A stretch of DNA of 29,359 bases from an uncultured Erysipelotrichaceae bacterium. Its GTDB lineage: Bacteria; Bacillota_I; Bacilli_A; Erysipelotrichales; Erysipelotrichaceae. The stretch covers positions 1-29,359 of the forward strand of contig CADBND010000225.1 of the NCBI GenBank assembly GCA_902795875.1, written 5' to 3'. Below, piece by piece: positions 18,453-27,332 of the stretch. Position 1 is the first letter of the stretch; the number at the start of each line of letters is the position of its first letter. Made by a program: the position numbers and the translations under genes. Under the pieces are notes generated by a model that was not told where the DNA came from, made no database searches, and saw only the letters and a program-made list of their open reading frames with translations.

Positions 18453-19790
18453 TCATTCTGCCTTGTTTCGCTGTTTTTCCTTGTATCTTTCTTTTCTCTC
18501 TTCTTTGATCTTGGACTGGATGAATTCCCTTCTCTTCTTCCGTTTGATCTTTTCCACTTCCCTGTTCTTTTTCTTCTTGTAGTTGGGCTTGACTTTCTCG
18601 TTTTTCCGATACAGCGTCTTGACGATCTGCTTCTCATCAAGATCTGTCTTGACCTGTTTCTTTAAAGTCGGATTGTTGGCCTCCTTCCAGGAACCGTTCT
18701 TGTATTCCCTGGCCAGGAAATTGACGCCCTTCTTGTTCAGAGTGCGGATGGAAGGAAGATCTTCTTCCTTATAAAGCAGATAACATGTACCATCCTTCTC
18801 GTTTCTTCCGGTACGACCGGCCCTGTGCATATAGAACTGCAGCTGTTTGGGAAGGCCCATGGAGATGACATGGGAGATACCATCGATGTCGATACCGCGC
18901 GATGCGACATCCGAAGCGATGACATAAGTATATTTCTTAGATTGCAGATCCTTGATCGCCTTCTGTCTGGTTCTTGAATCGAGCCCGCCGTGGATCAGAA
19001 GAGCTTTGACCCCCTTCTCAGCCAGATAGCGGTAAGTCGCATCCGCTTCATCTTTTGTGTTGGCAAATATAAGACAGACATAGGGCTTGAAACCGGGAAG
19101 GATGTCATAAACGACCTCCTTGTAGTCCTTGTGCTTGCAATTGACAAGGACATGACTGATACGGGGATCTCTCTTTTTGTCTTCGACACGCACGATCTTC
19201 GGATCAGAAAGATACTTCCGTACGAATACTGCCAGTTCCTCCGGGAATGTCGCTGAGAAACATAAGACCTGCGGATCCTTCACCATGTGGGAGAATACGA
19301 TATCGATATCTTCCAGGAAGCCGTATTCCAGTGTCATATCCGCTTCATCGATCACAAACATCTGCACAAAATCGACACGCAAAGCATTGGAGACAAAAAG
19401 GTCCCTGATCCTGCCGGGTGTACCGATGACGATATGCGGCGCATTCTCCATCTTCGCTACGGTCCTTTTTTTGTCCGTACCGCCCGCCAGTAACTGGATA
19501 CGCAGATCCTCATAGACTTCCTTCATGACAAGGGCGTTCTGATAGACCTGGTAGGCAAGCTCCCTCGTCGGAACGGAAATGACGACCTGTGTCTTATCAG
19601 AGACCGGATTGATCTTTTCCATGACCGGGATCAGATAGGCGTGTGTCTTGCCCGTACCGGTCTTGGACAGAGCAATGACGTCCTTATCCGAAGCCGTATA
19701 TTTTAAAACTTCTTTCTGTACCTCCGTGAGTTCACTGAAGCCGCAGAGTTCGATGAATCTTTTCGTTGTTTCTTTCAAATTCCTGTTCAT
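18453..19790 (-). CDS. cshB: DEAD-box RNA helicase, CshB-like
   Basis: TGTGKT, PTREL, GTPGR, VIDEAD, SAT, RGID, HRAGRTGR, basic C-terminal tail. Start moved to ATG 19790. Divergent from ispH, as in B. subtilis. Confidence 0.8.
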   Translation of the reverse strand: MNRNLKETTKRFIELCGFSELTEVQKEVLKYTASDKDVIALSKTGTGKTHAYLIPVMEKINPVSDKTQVVISVPTRELAYQVYQNALVMKEVYEDLRIQLLAGGTDKKRTVAKMENAPHIVIGTPGRIRDLFVSNALRVDFVQMFVIDEADMTLEYGFLEDIDIVFSHMVKDPQVLCFSATFPEELAVFVRKYLSDPKIVRVEDKKRDPRISHVLVNCKHKDYKEVVYDILPGFKPYVCLIFANTKDEADATYRYLAEKGVKALLIHGGLDSRTRQKAIKDLQSKKYTYVIASDVASRGIDIDGISHVISMGLPKQLQFYMHRAGRTGRNEKDGTCYLLYKEEDLPSIRTLNKKGVNFLAREYKNGSWKEANNPTLKKQVKTDLDEKQIVKTLYRKNEKVKPNYKKKKNREVEKIKRKKRREFIQSKIKEERKERYKEKQRNKAE

Positions 19791-19797
19791 ATCCCTT

Positions 19798-19817
19798 ATT
19801 TTAACATAATGTATAAT
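19798..19817. promoter_or_regulatory. Back-to-back -10 boxes for cshB and ispH
   Basis: TGn-TAAAAT on - (19806-19798), 7 nt before cshB ATG. TATAAT on + (19812-19817), 6 nt before ispH ATG. Confidence 0.7.
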
Positions 19818-19823
19818 GGTCTT

Positions 19824-20687
19824 ATGGAAATAAAAAAAGTGGTTCCCAGCGGATATTGCAAAGGCGTGGTCAATGCGATAAAACTCGCAAAAGATACCAG
19901 GAGAGACAATCCAGACGAAAAGATCTATATATTGGGCATGCTGGTGCACAACTCCTATGTGACGCAAGAACTTTCAAAACTCAACATCATCACGCTGGAT
20001 GACACCCGGACATCCAAAGAAGAGCTGCTTGAAACGATCAAAGAAGGCATCGTCATCTTCACAGCTCACGGCATATCCGACCGCATCAAAGAAAGAACTG
20101 TACAGAAAGGACTCAGATATGTGGATGCCTCCTGTGTCGATGTCCTCAAAACACAAAACATCATAAAAGAATATCTTCTCCAAGGCTACGATGTCCTCTA
20201 TTTCGGAAAAAGCGGACATCCGGAAGCGGAAGCAGTATTATCCATCTCGGATAAGATCCACCTTATCAGCAGCGAAGAAGACTTGAAAAAACTGTCTCTT
20301 TCTGGCGACAAGCTCTTCCTCACCAACCAGACAACGATGTCCTATCTGGAACTTGAAGATCTTTTTAAGATCGCCAAAAAGATCTACCCTTCTCTCATCA
20401 TTCAGGAAGAGATCTGCAACGCAACTTCTTCAAGACAGCTGGCGATCACGAAATTACAGGATTGTGACCTCCTCTATGTCGTCGGAGATGTCAAATCCAA
20501 TAACACCGGAAAACTGGTGGACATCGGAAAGAAAAGCGGTATAAAAAAAGTTCTGCTGATACAGAACTATAAGGACATTGACCTCAAAGATCTTGAAGGA
20601 GCCGACAAAGTCTATGTCACAGCCGGTGCATCCACCCCACCTTCCCTGATCAACGAAGTCATCGAATATCTACGAGCGAAGGCGTGA
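19824..20687 (+). CDS. ispH: 4-hydroxy-3-methylbut-2-enyl diphosphate reductase
   Basis: GYCKGV, LVHN, FTAHG, DASC, GHPE, NQTT, ICNAT, SNNT, TAGASTP. Start moved to ATG 19824 (MEIKKV). Confidence 0.93.
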   Translation: MEIKKVVPSGYCKGVVNAIKLAKDTRRDNPDEKIYILGMLVHNSYVTQELSKLNIITLDDTRTSKEELLETIKEGIVIFTAHGISDRIKERTVQKGLRYVDASCVDVLKTQNIIKEYLLQGYDVLYFGKSGHPEAEAVLSISDKIHLISSEEDLKKLSLSGDKLFLTNQTTMSYLELEDLFKIAKKIYPSLIIQEEICNATSSRQLAITKLQDCDLLYVVGDVKSNNTGKLVDIGKKSGIKKVLLIQNYKDIDLKDLEGADKVYVTAGASTPPSLINEVIEYLRAKA

Positions 20688-22319
20688 CAGCAGGTTTTTG
20701 ATCGACATATCCTTGATACCGAAGATCCTCTGTGGCAGACGGATGAATACGGTCAGGGCGTAATAGATCCCCAACATGATCAGTCCCAAGATGCCCATGA
20801 TCAGGATATCGACGATACGGCTGTCATAGCCAAACGGGATCAGGCTTCTGATCAGATAAGCCGGTAACACCATCAGTAAGGAACAGATCACGATCTTTAT
20901 AAAACGACGCGTCGTCGTTTTTATATTGATCCCGAAATTCCTTCGCAGACAATAAAAGTAACAGATGATCTGGATCAGATAGTAGAAACCGGAAGAATAG
21001 ATCATTCCATAGGCTCCGAAATAACGGACGAGCGGGAAAAATGTAAGCAGCTTCGCCAGGAAGGAGACGATCAGTGTGATGATCGCTTCCTTTCTCAGTT
21101 TCAGCGACATCATCATCGAAGAGAAGATCGGAGCGATCGTTCCCAGGAAGATCTGAATGTTGCTGACGGCAAAAAGACTCGTACCAAGATCCAGATTGTA
21201 ATTGCCATACATGATGAAATAGATGTCTCTGGCAAAGAAGATAAAGATCATGATCATCGGGATCAGGATGTAGACTACTGTATCAAGGATCTGATTGATC
21301 TGCTTCGTGATCCGACGATTGTCTCTGGCCTCCAGCGATTCGCTCAGATACGGTACCATTCCTGAGCCAAAGCCCAGCGCCAGTACCGAAGGGATATTCG
21401 AGATCTTTGCCACATTAGCCTGCAGTATGCCTGAAGCCAGTTTCGCACTCTCATAGATCTCAGGGCCGTTGACCTTGGTCATATAATCGAGAAAGAAAGT
21501 TGTATTGATCAAAGGACCGGCAGTCCCCAGAAAAGAGATGATCAGATACGGTACACCAAGCATCAGGATCTCTTTGATGATCTCCTTTCTGCTCATCAGT
21601 CCCTTCTCTTCCTGAACTTTCGCCGCTTCTTCGATCCCTTTCGCATCGTTTCGCGATAGGATCGCTGTGAATAAGAAAGCGGCCAGAGCACCAAGGGAAG
21701 CCGCACCGATCGCCGCAAAGATCGCCCAGATGCTGTCAAAATGAAGGATCTTCACGAACAGATAAGCGAACAGGATGATGGAAAAGACTCTTACAAACTG
21801 TTCCAGGACCTGCGAAGAAGCATAGAGATCAAGCCTCTTGAGACCTTGCACATATCCACGTACCGCTGAAAGAAGCGGCACCAGTATGACGGCGATGGAC
21901 AGAATGAAAAACATCGTCTTGAGCGCTTCGATATCTTTTGAAGGAGCAGAGATACCAAGAGACTGTCTTGCGATCGGACCTGCCATAAGAAGAAGGAAGG
22001 CTCCGGTCACAACAGAAAGGCCCATGATGATGTTTGTGCCGGTCTTTTTCACCAGCAATACCGTCTTATAATCCTCTTTGGAATAATACTTCGCAACCAA
22101 AGAAGCGATCGCAAACGGAATACCTGCCTGCGAGATCTGTAGCAGAAGATCATAGTAAGTATAGACGATCGAATAGAAAGCCATATTGGACTCCCCGGCG
22201 ATCGCCGAAAGCGGAGAATAATAAAGCAATCCGAGAAGTTTGGAAACAAAAATGCCAAAGGAGCTCGTTAAAGCTCCGATCAGCAATGACTGTTTCATCT
22301 TTTCCCGGTTGGCCATCAT
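20670..22319 (-). CDS. murJ: MOP-superfamily flippase, MurJ/YtgP-like
   Basis: About 14 TM segments; SKLLGLLY, GIPFAIASLVAKY, RGYVQG, SQVLEQFVR, LINTTFF. Neighbourhood shares the cell-wall block with murC. Confidence 0.7.
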   Translation of the reverse strand: MMANREKMKQSLLIGALTSSFGIFVSKLLGLLYYSPLSAIAGESNMAFYSIVYTYYDLLLQISQAGIPFAIASLVAKYYSKEDYKTVLLVKKTGTNIIMGLSVVTGAFLLLMAGPIARQSLGISAPSKDIEALKTMFFILSIAVILVPLLSAVRGYVQGLKRLDLYASSQVLEQFVRVFSIILFAYLFVKILHFDSIWAIFAAIGAASLGALAAFLFTAILSRNDAKGIEEAAKVQEEKGLMSRKEIIKEILMLGVPYLIISFLGTAGPLINTTFFLDYMTKVNGPEIYESAKLASGILQANVAKISNIPSVLALGFGSGMVPYLSESLEARDNRRITKQINQILDTVVYILIPMIMIFIFFARDIYFIMYGNYNLDLGTSLFAVSNIQIFLGTIAPIFSSMMMSLKLRKEAIITLIVSFLAKLLTFFPLVRYFGAYGMIYSSGFYYLIQIICYFYCLRRNFGINIKTTTRRFIKIVICSLLMVLPAYLIRSLIPFGYDSRIVDILIMGILGLIMLGIYYALTVFIRLPQRIFGIKDMSIKNLLSRLRS

Positions 22320-22813
22320 TCTCCTTCGTAGCTCACATCAAGCTTGAAATATTCGGAACGAACGATCGAAAAATCGGAGTTCTTGAACTGAACGAAGATG
22401 TAGAGTGTCGTCTCCGGATACTGTGAGATCGCCGAAGCAACGATGCCCTTTACGAAGCCCTGCTCAATATTGGCCTGATTGGGGACCATGTTGTATTCTT
22501 TATCCTCAAAGATACCGACATTTGCCGCCATCGTATTGCGGTAATCGACATTCTTTTCGATCGCCAGCATCTCGATATCATACATTGCGATACGGGGATT
22601 GTCGATCGTGATGTAATAGCGGTATCCCCCATCGATCTTAGCCATCTCGGCAGAAATATCAAAGTAGTTGGAGGTATCCTGAAAATTATCGTGTTCCCCG
22701 ATCATCTCGATGATATACATGTATCTGTCGTCCGGATTTGCCATCTCCTTGCCTTCATCCTGGCAAGCGCATAAGGAAAGTAGGACGATCAGGATAAGAA
22801 GCAGCTTCTTCAT
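22316..22813 (-). CDS. Hypothetical lipoprotein
   Basis: Signal peptide MKKLLLILIVLLSLCAC (lipobox). Stop overlaps the flippase start (ATGA). Confidence 0.8.
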   Translation of the reverse strand: MKKLLLILIVLLSLCACQDEGKEMANPDDRYMYIIEMIGEHDNFQDTSNYFDISAEMAKIDGGYRYYITIDNPRIAMYDIEMLAIEKNVDYRNTMAANVGIFEDKEYNMVPNQANIEQGFVKGIVASAISQYPETTLYIFVQFKNSDFSIVRSEYFKLDVSYEGE

Positions 22814-22814
22814 A

Positions 22815-24038
22815 TCAGAACTCGACCGCGTAATAGAACTTCTTGCCCTTCTTGATGATGGTCAGTTCATTGTTGAAAGCATTCTCTTTGCTTAAAACAT
22901 AGTTAAGATCCGTGACCTTTTCACCGTTCACCGAGATCGATGAGCCCTTGATCAGATCTCTGGCCTCACGGTTGGATTTGCAGGCACCAATCGCAACAAG
23001 GGCCTCAATGAGATTCTTTCCCTCTTCGATCTTTGTACGTTCAAGATCGGATGTACCCTGTTTCAATTCCTCGTAAGTCAGATCTTTCAGATTGCCCTTA
23101 AAGAAAGTATCGGCGATCTTGACAGCCGATTCATAAGCCTCTTTCCCATGAAGGAAAGTGATGACTTCTCTGGCAAGCGCTTTGTGTGCCTCACGCAGTT
23201 CGGGATGTTCATTATTGGAAACTTCGAGACGTTCGATCTCTTCTTTCGGAAGGAAAGTCAAAAACTTCAGATAATCGATGACCTTGGAATCTTCGGAATT
23301 GATAAAGAACTGATACATTTCGTATGCGGAAGTCTTATTGATATCTAACCATATAGCCTTGCCATTTGTCTTGCCGAACTTCTGACCGTCTGCCTTGGTC
23401 AGAAGAGGCATGGTGAAACCATAGGCTTCCTTTCCCAGTTTCTTTCTGATCAGTTCGATACCGGCAGTGATATTGCCCCACTGGTCCTGACCGGCGACTT
23501 GCATCGTGACTCCTCTTTCCTGATACAGATGCATGAAGTCATATGCCTGCATCGTCATATAGGAAAATTCGGTATATGTGATACCTTCATCAAGTCTTCT
23601 GCGGACGATATCCTTGTTCAGCATATAGCCGATATTGAAGAATTTGCCTACGTCCCGCAGCCAGTCGATATATGTGAAATCCTTCAGCCAGTCGTAGTTG
23701 TTTACAACTTCAAAACCGAAGATTTTCTCCGCCTGGTTCTTGAGACATTCATAATTATGCTGTACTTCTTCGACCGTGATCATCGGTCTTTCCGCATCCG
23801 GTTTCGGATCGCCGATCAGACCTGTTCCTCCCCCGACCAATAAGATCGGATTGTGGCCGGCATCCTTGAGTCTCTTTGAAATCAGAAAGGATGAAAAATG
23901 TCCGATATGTAAAGAATCACCCGTCGGATCGGTACCGATATAAAAAGTCACACCGCCCTTGTTGAGCAGATCTCTTATCTCCGGCGAAGATTCATCCTTG
24001 ATCAGTCCACGCCAGACCAGTTCTTCATAAATTCCCAT
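22815..24038 (-). CDS. tyrS: Tyrosine--tRNA ligase
   Basis: GTDPTGDSLHIGH, TEFSYMTMQAYD, GQDQWGNI, KFGKT, C-terminal S4 domain (KKGKK). Confidence 0.97.
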   Translation of the reverse strand: MGIYEELVWRGLIKDESSPEIRDLLNKGGVTFYIGTDPTGDSLHIGHFSSFLISKRLKDAGHNPILLVGGGTGLIGDPKPDAERPMITVEEVQHNYECLKNQAEKIFGFEVVNNYDWLKDFTYIDWLRDVGKFFNIGYMLNKDIVRRRLDEGITYTEFSYMTMQAYDFMHLYQERGVTMQVAGQDQWGNITAGIELIRKKLGKEAYGFTMPLLTKADGQKFGKTNGKAIWLDINKTSAYEMYQFFINSEDSKVIDYLKFLTFLPKEEIERLEVSNNEHPELREAHKALAREVITFLHGKEAYESAVKIADTFFKGNLKDLTYEELKQGTSDLERTKIEEGKNLIEALVAIGACKSNREARDLIKGSSISVNGEKVTDLNYVLSKENAFNNELTIIKKGKKFYYAVEF

Positions 24039-24045
24039 AAATATA

Positions 24046-25038
24046 CTATTCCTTTGTCGTTTTCTTCGGAGAATACAGAGCTGTCAGCCTCTTCTCCTTC
24101 TCTTCCACGCGTTCGTCCTTCAGCATCTTTGTCATCAGTCTCATCGAGATCGCACCCAGATCATAGGAAGGTACGACAAATGAGCTGATCTCCGGACGTA
24201 CGGAAGAAGTGTACTTGCTTTCGTTCATGCAGATCAGTTCCATCTCATCAGGAATGGCGATACCGGCACCCTGCCCGGCATTAAGAGCTGCCATGGCTTG
24301 CGAATCACGGTTGGCGATGAAGACCTGATGCTTATGCGTCTTGAAGTAGGATTTCAGGAACTTGTAAGTGGAACGGTTGTCTTTCGACACTTCGATGTAA
24401 CCGCCATATTCCTTGCCATATTTGGCGAAAGCCTCCTTCGCACCATCCCGCATCAGTTCGGATACAACATCATTCCTGTGATCCTGCAGGATAGCGATAT
24501 CTTCGATCCCTTTCTGCAGATAGGTCTCGCACAGTTCACAAACAGCTTTCTTGTAGTCGACATAGACCGAGCAGATATTCTCGGAAGAGATCTGCGAGCA
24601 CATGACGACCATAGGTATATTGTACTCCTCTAAGAGCTTTACGGAATCATCAAGATCCTTGTCGGCATAAATGATCACACCATCCACCCTGGACTTGATC
24701 ACCTCATCGATGATCTCCTTGATATCGGTAACGCCCTCTGTGATGGTATGCAGATAGACGGAATAATCGTAGATCTTTGCCACATCGCACAGACCGTTGA
24801 TGATACGGCCTGAAAACGAAACGGAGGTGGAAGGAATGATCAGGCCGACTGTCGTCGTGCGTGACAAAGCCAGGCCCTGTGCAATGGCGTTAGGTCTGTA
24901 GCCAAGTTTATTGATCGCTTCCTCGACCCTTCTTTTTGTATCCTCTTTGACGACCGTCGAACCGTTTATTACACGGGAGACAGTAGCCAGAGAGACATTC
25001 GATTCTTTCGCTACTTCATATATCGTTACTTTTTTCAT
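24046..25038 (-). CDS. ccpA: Catabolite control protein A (LacI family)
   Basis: VTIYEVAKESNVSLATVSRVING...LGYRPNAIAQGLA..TTTVGLIIP is close to CcpA. Syntenic with murC-ytxG-ytxH and tyrS. Confidence 0.82.
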   Translation of the reverse strand: MKKVTIYEVAKESNVSLATVSRVINGSTVVKEDTKRRVEEAINKLGYRPNAIAQGLALSRTTTVGLIIPSTSVSFSGRIINGLCDVAKIYDYSVYLHTITEGVTDIKEIIDEVIKSRVDGVIIYADKDLDDSVKLLEEYNIPMVVMCSQISSENICSVYVDYKKAVCELCETYLQKGIEDIAILQDHRNDVVSELMRDGAKEAFAKYGKEYGGYIEVSKDNRSTYKFLKSYFKTHKHQVFIANRDSQAMAALNAGQGAGIAIPDEMELICMNESKYTSSVRPEISSFVVPSYDLGAISMRLMTKMLKDERVEEKEKRLTALYSPKKTTKE

Positions 25039-25565
25039 TTATCATCCCCTTCCGGCTTCAGCCACCCCTTCAGGATCTCCAGTGTCTTCTCGGCGATATC
25101 GACCGCAGAGGACTTTGCCTTATTTACGGTCTCCTTGACATCGTCCCGATTCATGAAAGTTTCGATCCCTTCCCTGGCATCATCGACGATATTTCCGATG
25201 TTCTTTGTCACTTCATAGAACGGATCACTTTGTTTCTCTTCTTTGTTTTCAGGAGCTTCTTCCCCGTTTGCACTGCCCTTGATCTCGTTGATCTTGTTGA
25301 GGGCACTGTCATAAAGATCCTTCGATCTTGTTCTGATCGTGTCAATCGCTTTGGAAAGCTCCTCTTCATCGGCGTTGTTTTCGATCAGGGTGCCAAGCCT
25401 TTCCCCAACATCCTGAAAGACCTTGACTGCTTTGTTTTTAACGGTATTGATCTTCTCAGCGACTGTGACGTCATCATCTTTTGCTGCTTCACTGAGCGAA
25501 TCGATCTTTTTCTTCAGGTCTTCTATTGTTTCTCTAACGCTTTCTTCAATCTTTCTGTCTTCCAC
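25035..25565 (-). CDS. Helical coiled-coil protein, YtxH-like / general stress protein
   Basis: 176 aa, E/K/D-rich helical sequence, GTG start, in the ytxH position after DUF948. Stop overlaps the ccpA start. Confidence 0.65.
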   Translation of the reverse strand: MEDRKIEESVRETIEDLKKKIDSLSEAAKDDDVTVAEKINTVKNKAVKVFQDVGERLGTLIENNADEEELSKAIDTIRTRSKDLYDSALNKINEIKGSANGEEAPENKEEKQSDPFYEVTKNIGNIVDDAREGIETFMNRDDVKETVNKAKSSAVDIAEKTLEILKGWLKPEGDDK

Positions 25566-25566
25566 A

Positions 25567-25956
25567 TCAACCTCCTATAATATCCTCAGGGCTTGGTTCT
25601 TTCAGTTCATCTTTCTTGTTTTCGTCATTGATAAAAGACATTACTCTTTCCTTGATGTCGCCGGCATTCTTCACCATGAATTCCTTCGCATCCGCAACAG
25701 CCGAAACAGTCGCATCATGTGCCTTGTCCACCGTGCCCGATACTTTCGCCACGGTATCCAAAGGTGCCTGCACCTTTTCAATCGAACGGTCGACCAGATC
25801 GATTGTAACATGTGTCTTAAGAAGCGTATCATCCACGCTCGACAACACTTTGATCAGTTTGATAAGCAAGATTATTACACAAACAAGACAAGCTGCTCCC
25901 AGGATCGGGATCAGATCTTTACTCAAATTACTAAAAGCAACAATAAAAGCGTCCAT
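25567..25956 (-). CDS. DUF948 / YtxG-like protein
   Basis: Start moved to ATG 25956 (MDAFIV; RBS GAGGAAGG). One TM segment then a coiled coil (LSSVDDTL...VDRSIEKVQAPL). Directly after murC. Confidence 0.7.
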   Translation of the reverse strand: MDAFIVAFSNLSKDLIPILGAACLVCVIILLIKLIKVLSSVDDTLLKTHVTIDLVDRSIEKVQAPLDTVAKVSGTVDKAHDATVSAVADAKEFMVKNAGDIKERVMSFINDENKKDELKEPSPEDIIGG

Positions 25957-25978
25957 ATGTTTTACCTTCCTCATATGT

Positions 25979-26007
25979 ATTCTAATGGATGATGAAAAAT
26001 TTTTCAA
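25979..26007 (-). promoter_or_regulatory. Promoter of the DUF948-ytxH-ccpA-tyrS unit with a palindrome over the -35
   Basis: TTGAAA (26007-26002), 17 nt spacer, TAGAAT (25984-25979). Perfect palindrome TGAAAAATTTTTCA at 25993-26006. Confidence 0.7.
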
Positions 26008-26025
26008 TATTCTGTATGCCTTTTC

Positions 26026-26051
26026 AAAAAAAGGAGCTACATGAGCTCCTT
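26026..26051 (-). terminator. Terminator of murC
   Basis: AAGGAGCT-catgt-AGCTCCTT plus T-tract, overlapping the murC stop codon. Confidence 0.75.
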
Positions 26052-27332
26052 GACCATTTCAGCAATATTGTAAATATCCTTGCTGGACATGAAGACCAGA
26101 CACTCCCCTTTGTATTTTGCCAGTGTTCTGGCACCCTCCTCATCTTCTGTAAGGATATGGGAATTGGGGATCCTGTTCGCAAGATAAGTGATATCGATAT
26201 CCGTACCATCCTGCTTGTCATCAATCGAAGTGAAATCCAGAAGATAGATCTCGTCTGCCTTTTCCAATGCCTTCTTGAAATCTTCCGCAAAATATTTGAC
26301 ACGCGAAGCCCGATGCGGCTTGAATATGGCGATGATCTTGCGATCGGGATAACGTTTGTGTGAAGCTTCGATCGTCACTTTCACTTCCGTAGGATGGTGA
26401 GCATAATCATCCACAAAGATCGTATCCTTGAATTCCTCGATCACATAACGTCTCTTGGGACCTACGTATTCGCCCAAAGCCTTCTCGACTTCAGCGTGAT
26501 CGAAACCCATATAGTCCGCAAAAGAAAGCACACCGAGTATATCGATCAGCAGATGATCGCCAACGAAAGGAACTTCATAATGATGCACTTTCTTTCCTCT
26601 GAAACAGAGATCAAAAGAAGAATTCCGATTATCGGAAACGACATTGATCGGATAATAGTCATTGTTTTCGCTCAATCCGAAAGAGAATGCCTTGCAGGTG
26701 AACTGCAGTTTTTGACACCAGACATCACCCCCATGATAGAAGATGGCATCCTTGACATGAGTAGCGAACTCCTGATAGGCATTGAAGTAGTCGATCTCGT
26801 CTTTGAAGTAATCGACATGATCAATCTCGATATTGGTGATGATCGCATATTCGGGATAATAAGAAAGGAAATGACGGCGGAATTCATCCGATTCCACACA
26901 AAGATACTCGCTGTCTTTGGAAAGGTAACCTTCCCCATCCCCGATCAGATAGCCGGTATTCTTGAAATGAGAAAGGACCGTCTTGGTGATCGTGGTCGTC
27001 GTGGTCTTGCCATGGGAACCGCAGATGCTGACGGACTTGTAGTTCTTCATCAGCTCGCCGAGGAATTCGTGATAGCGGAAGCACCTACATAATTCACGTG
27101 CTCTTTTCACTTCCGGGAAATCCTCTAAAAAGGCATTGCCTATGATCACTGTATATTCGGCCTTGATATTATCCTCATCAAAAGGAAGGATCTTTATCCC
27201 CCTTTTCACCAGTTCATCTTCCGTAAAGAAATGTTTCTGCAGATCGGAACCCATCACTTCGTTGCCCAGATCATGAAGCATGACCGCCAGCGAAGCCATT
27301 CCGGTACCTTTTATGCCTATGAAATAATACAT
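26037..27332 (-). CDS. murC: UDP-N-acetylmuramate--L-alanine ligase
   Basis: YFIGIKGTGMASLA, GSD, IIGNAF, GSHGKTTT, ESDE, NIEIDHVDYF, DDYAHHPTE, FKPH. Confidence 0.96.
   Translation of the reverse strand: MYYFIGIKGTGMASLAVMLHDLGNEVMGSDLQKHFFTEDELVKRGIKILPFDEDNIKAEYTVIIGNAFLEDFPEVKRARELCRCFRYHEFLGELMKNYKSVSICGSHGKTTTTTITKTVLSHFKNTGYLIGDGEGYLSKDSEYLCVESDEFRRHFLSYYPEYAIITNIEIDHVDYFKDEIDYFNAYQEFATHVKDAIFYHGGDVWCQKLQFTCKAFSFGLSENNDYYPINVVSDNRNSSFDLCFRGKKVHHYEVPFVGDHLLIDILGVLSFADYMGFDHAEVEKALGEYVGPKRRYVIEEFKDTIFVDDYAHHPTEVKVTIEASHKRYPDRKIIAIFKPHRASRVKYFAEDFKKALEKADEIYLLDFTSIDDKQDGTDIDITYLANRIPNSHILTEDEEGARTLAKYKGECLVFMSSKDIYNIAEMVKELM

Noticed and set aside
18425-18640. 72-aa N-terminal extension of the MATE ORF (MMRSRSSRR...)
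   Set aside because: It is the alternative frame of the Lys/Arg-rich helicase tail. A -10 box and ATG 18424 give a normal MATE length.
19791-19967. N-terminal extension of the DEAD helicase ORF
   Set aside because: Overlaps ispH on the opposite strand. The Q-motif region begins right after ATG 19790.
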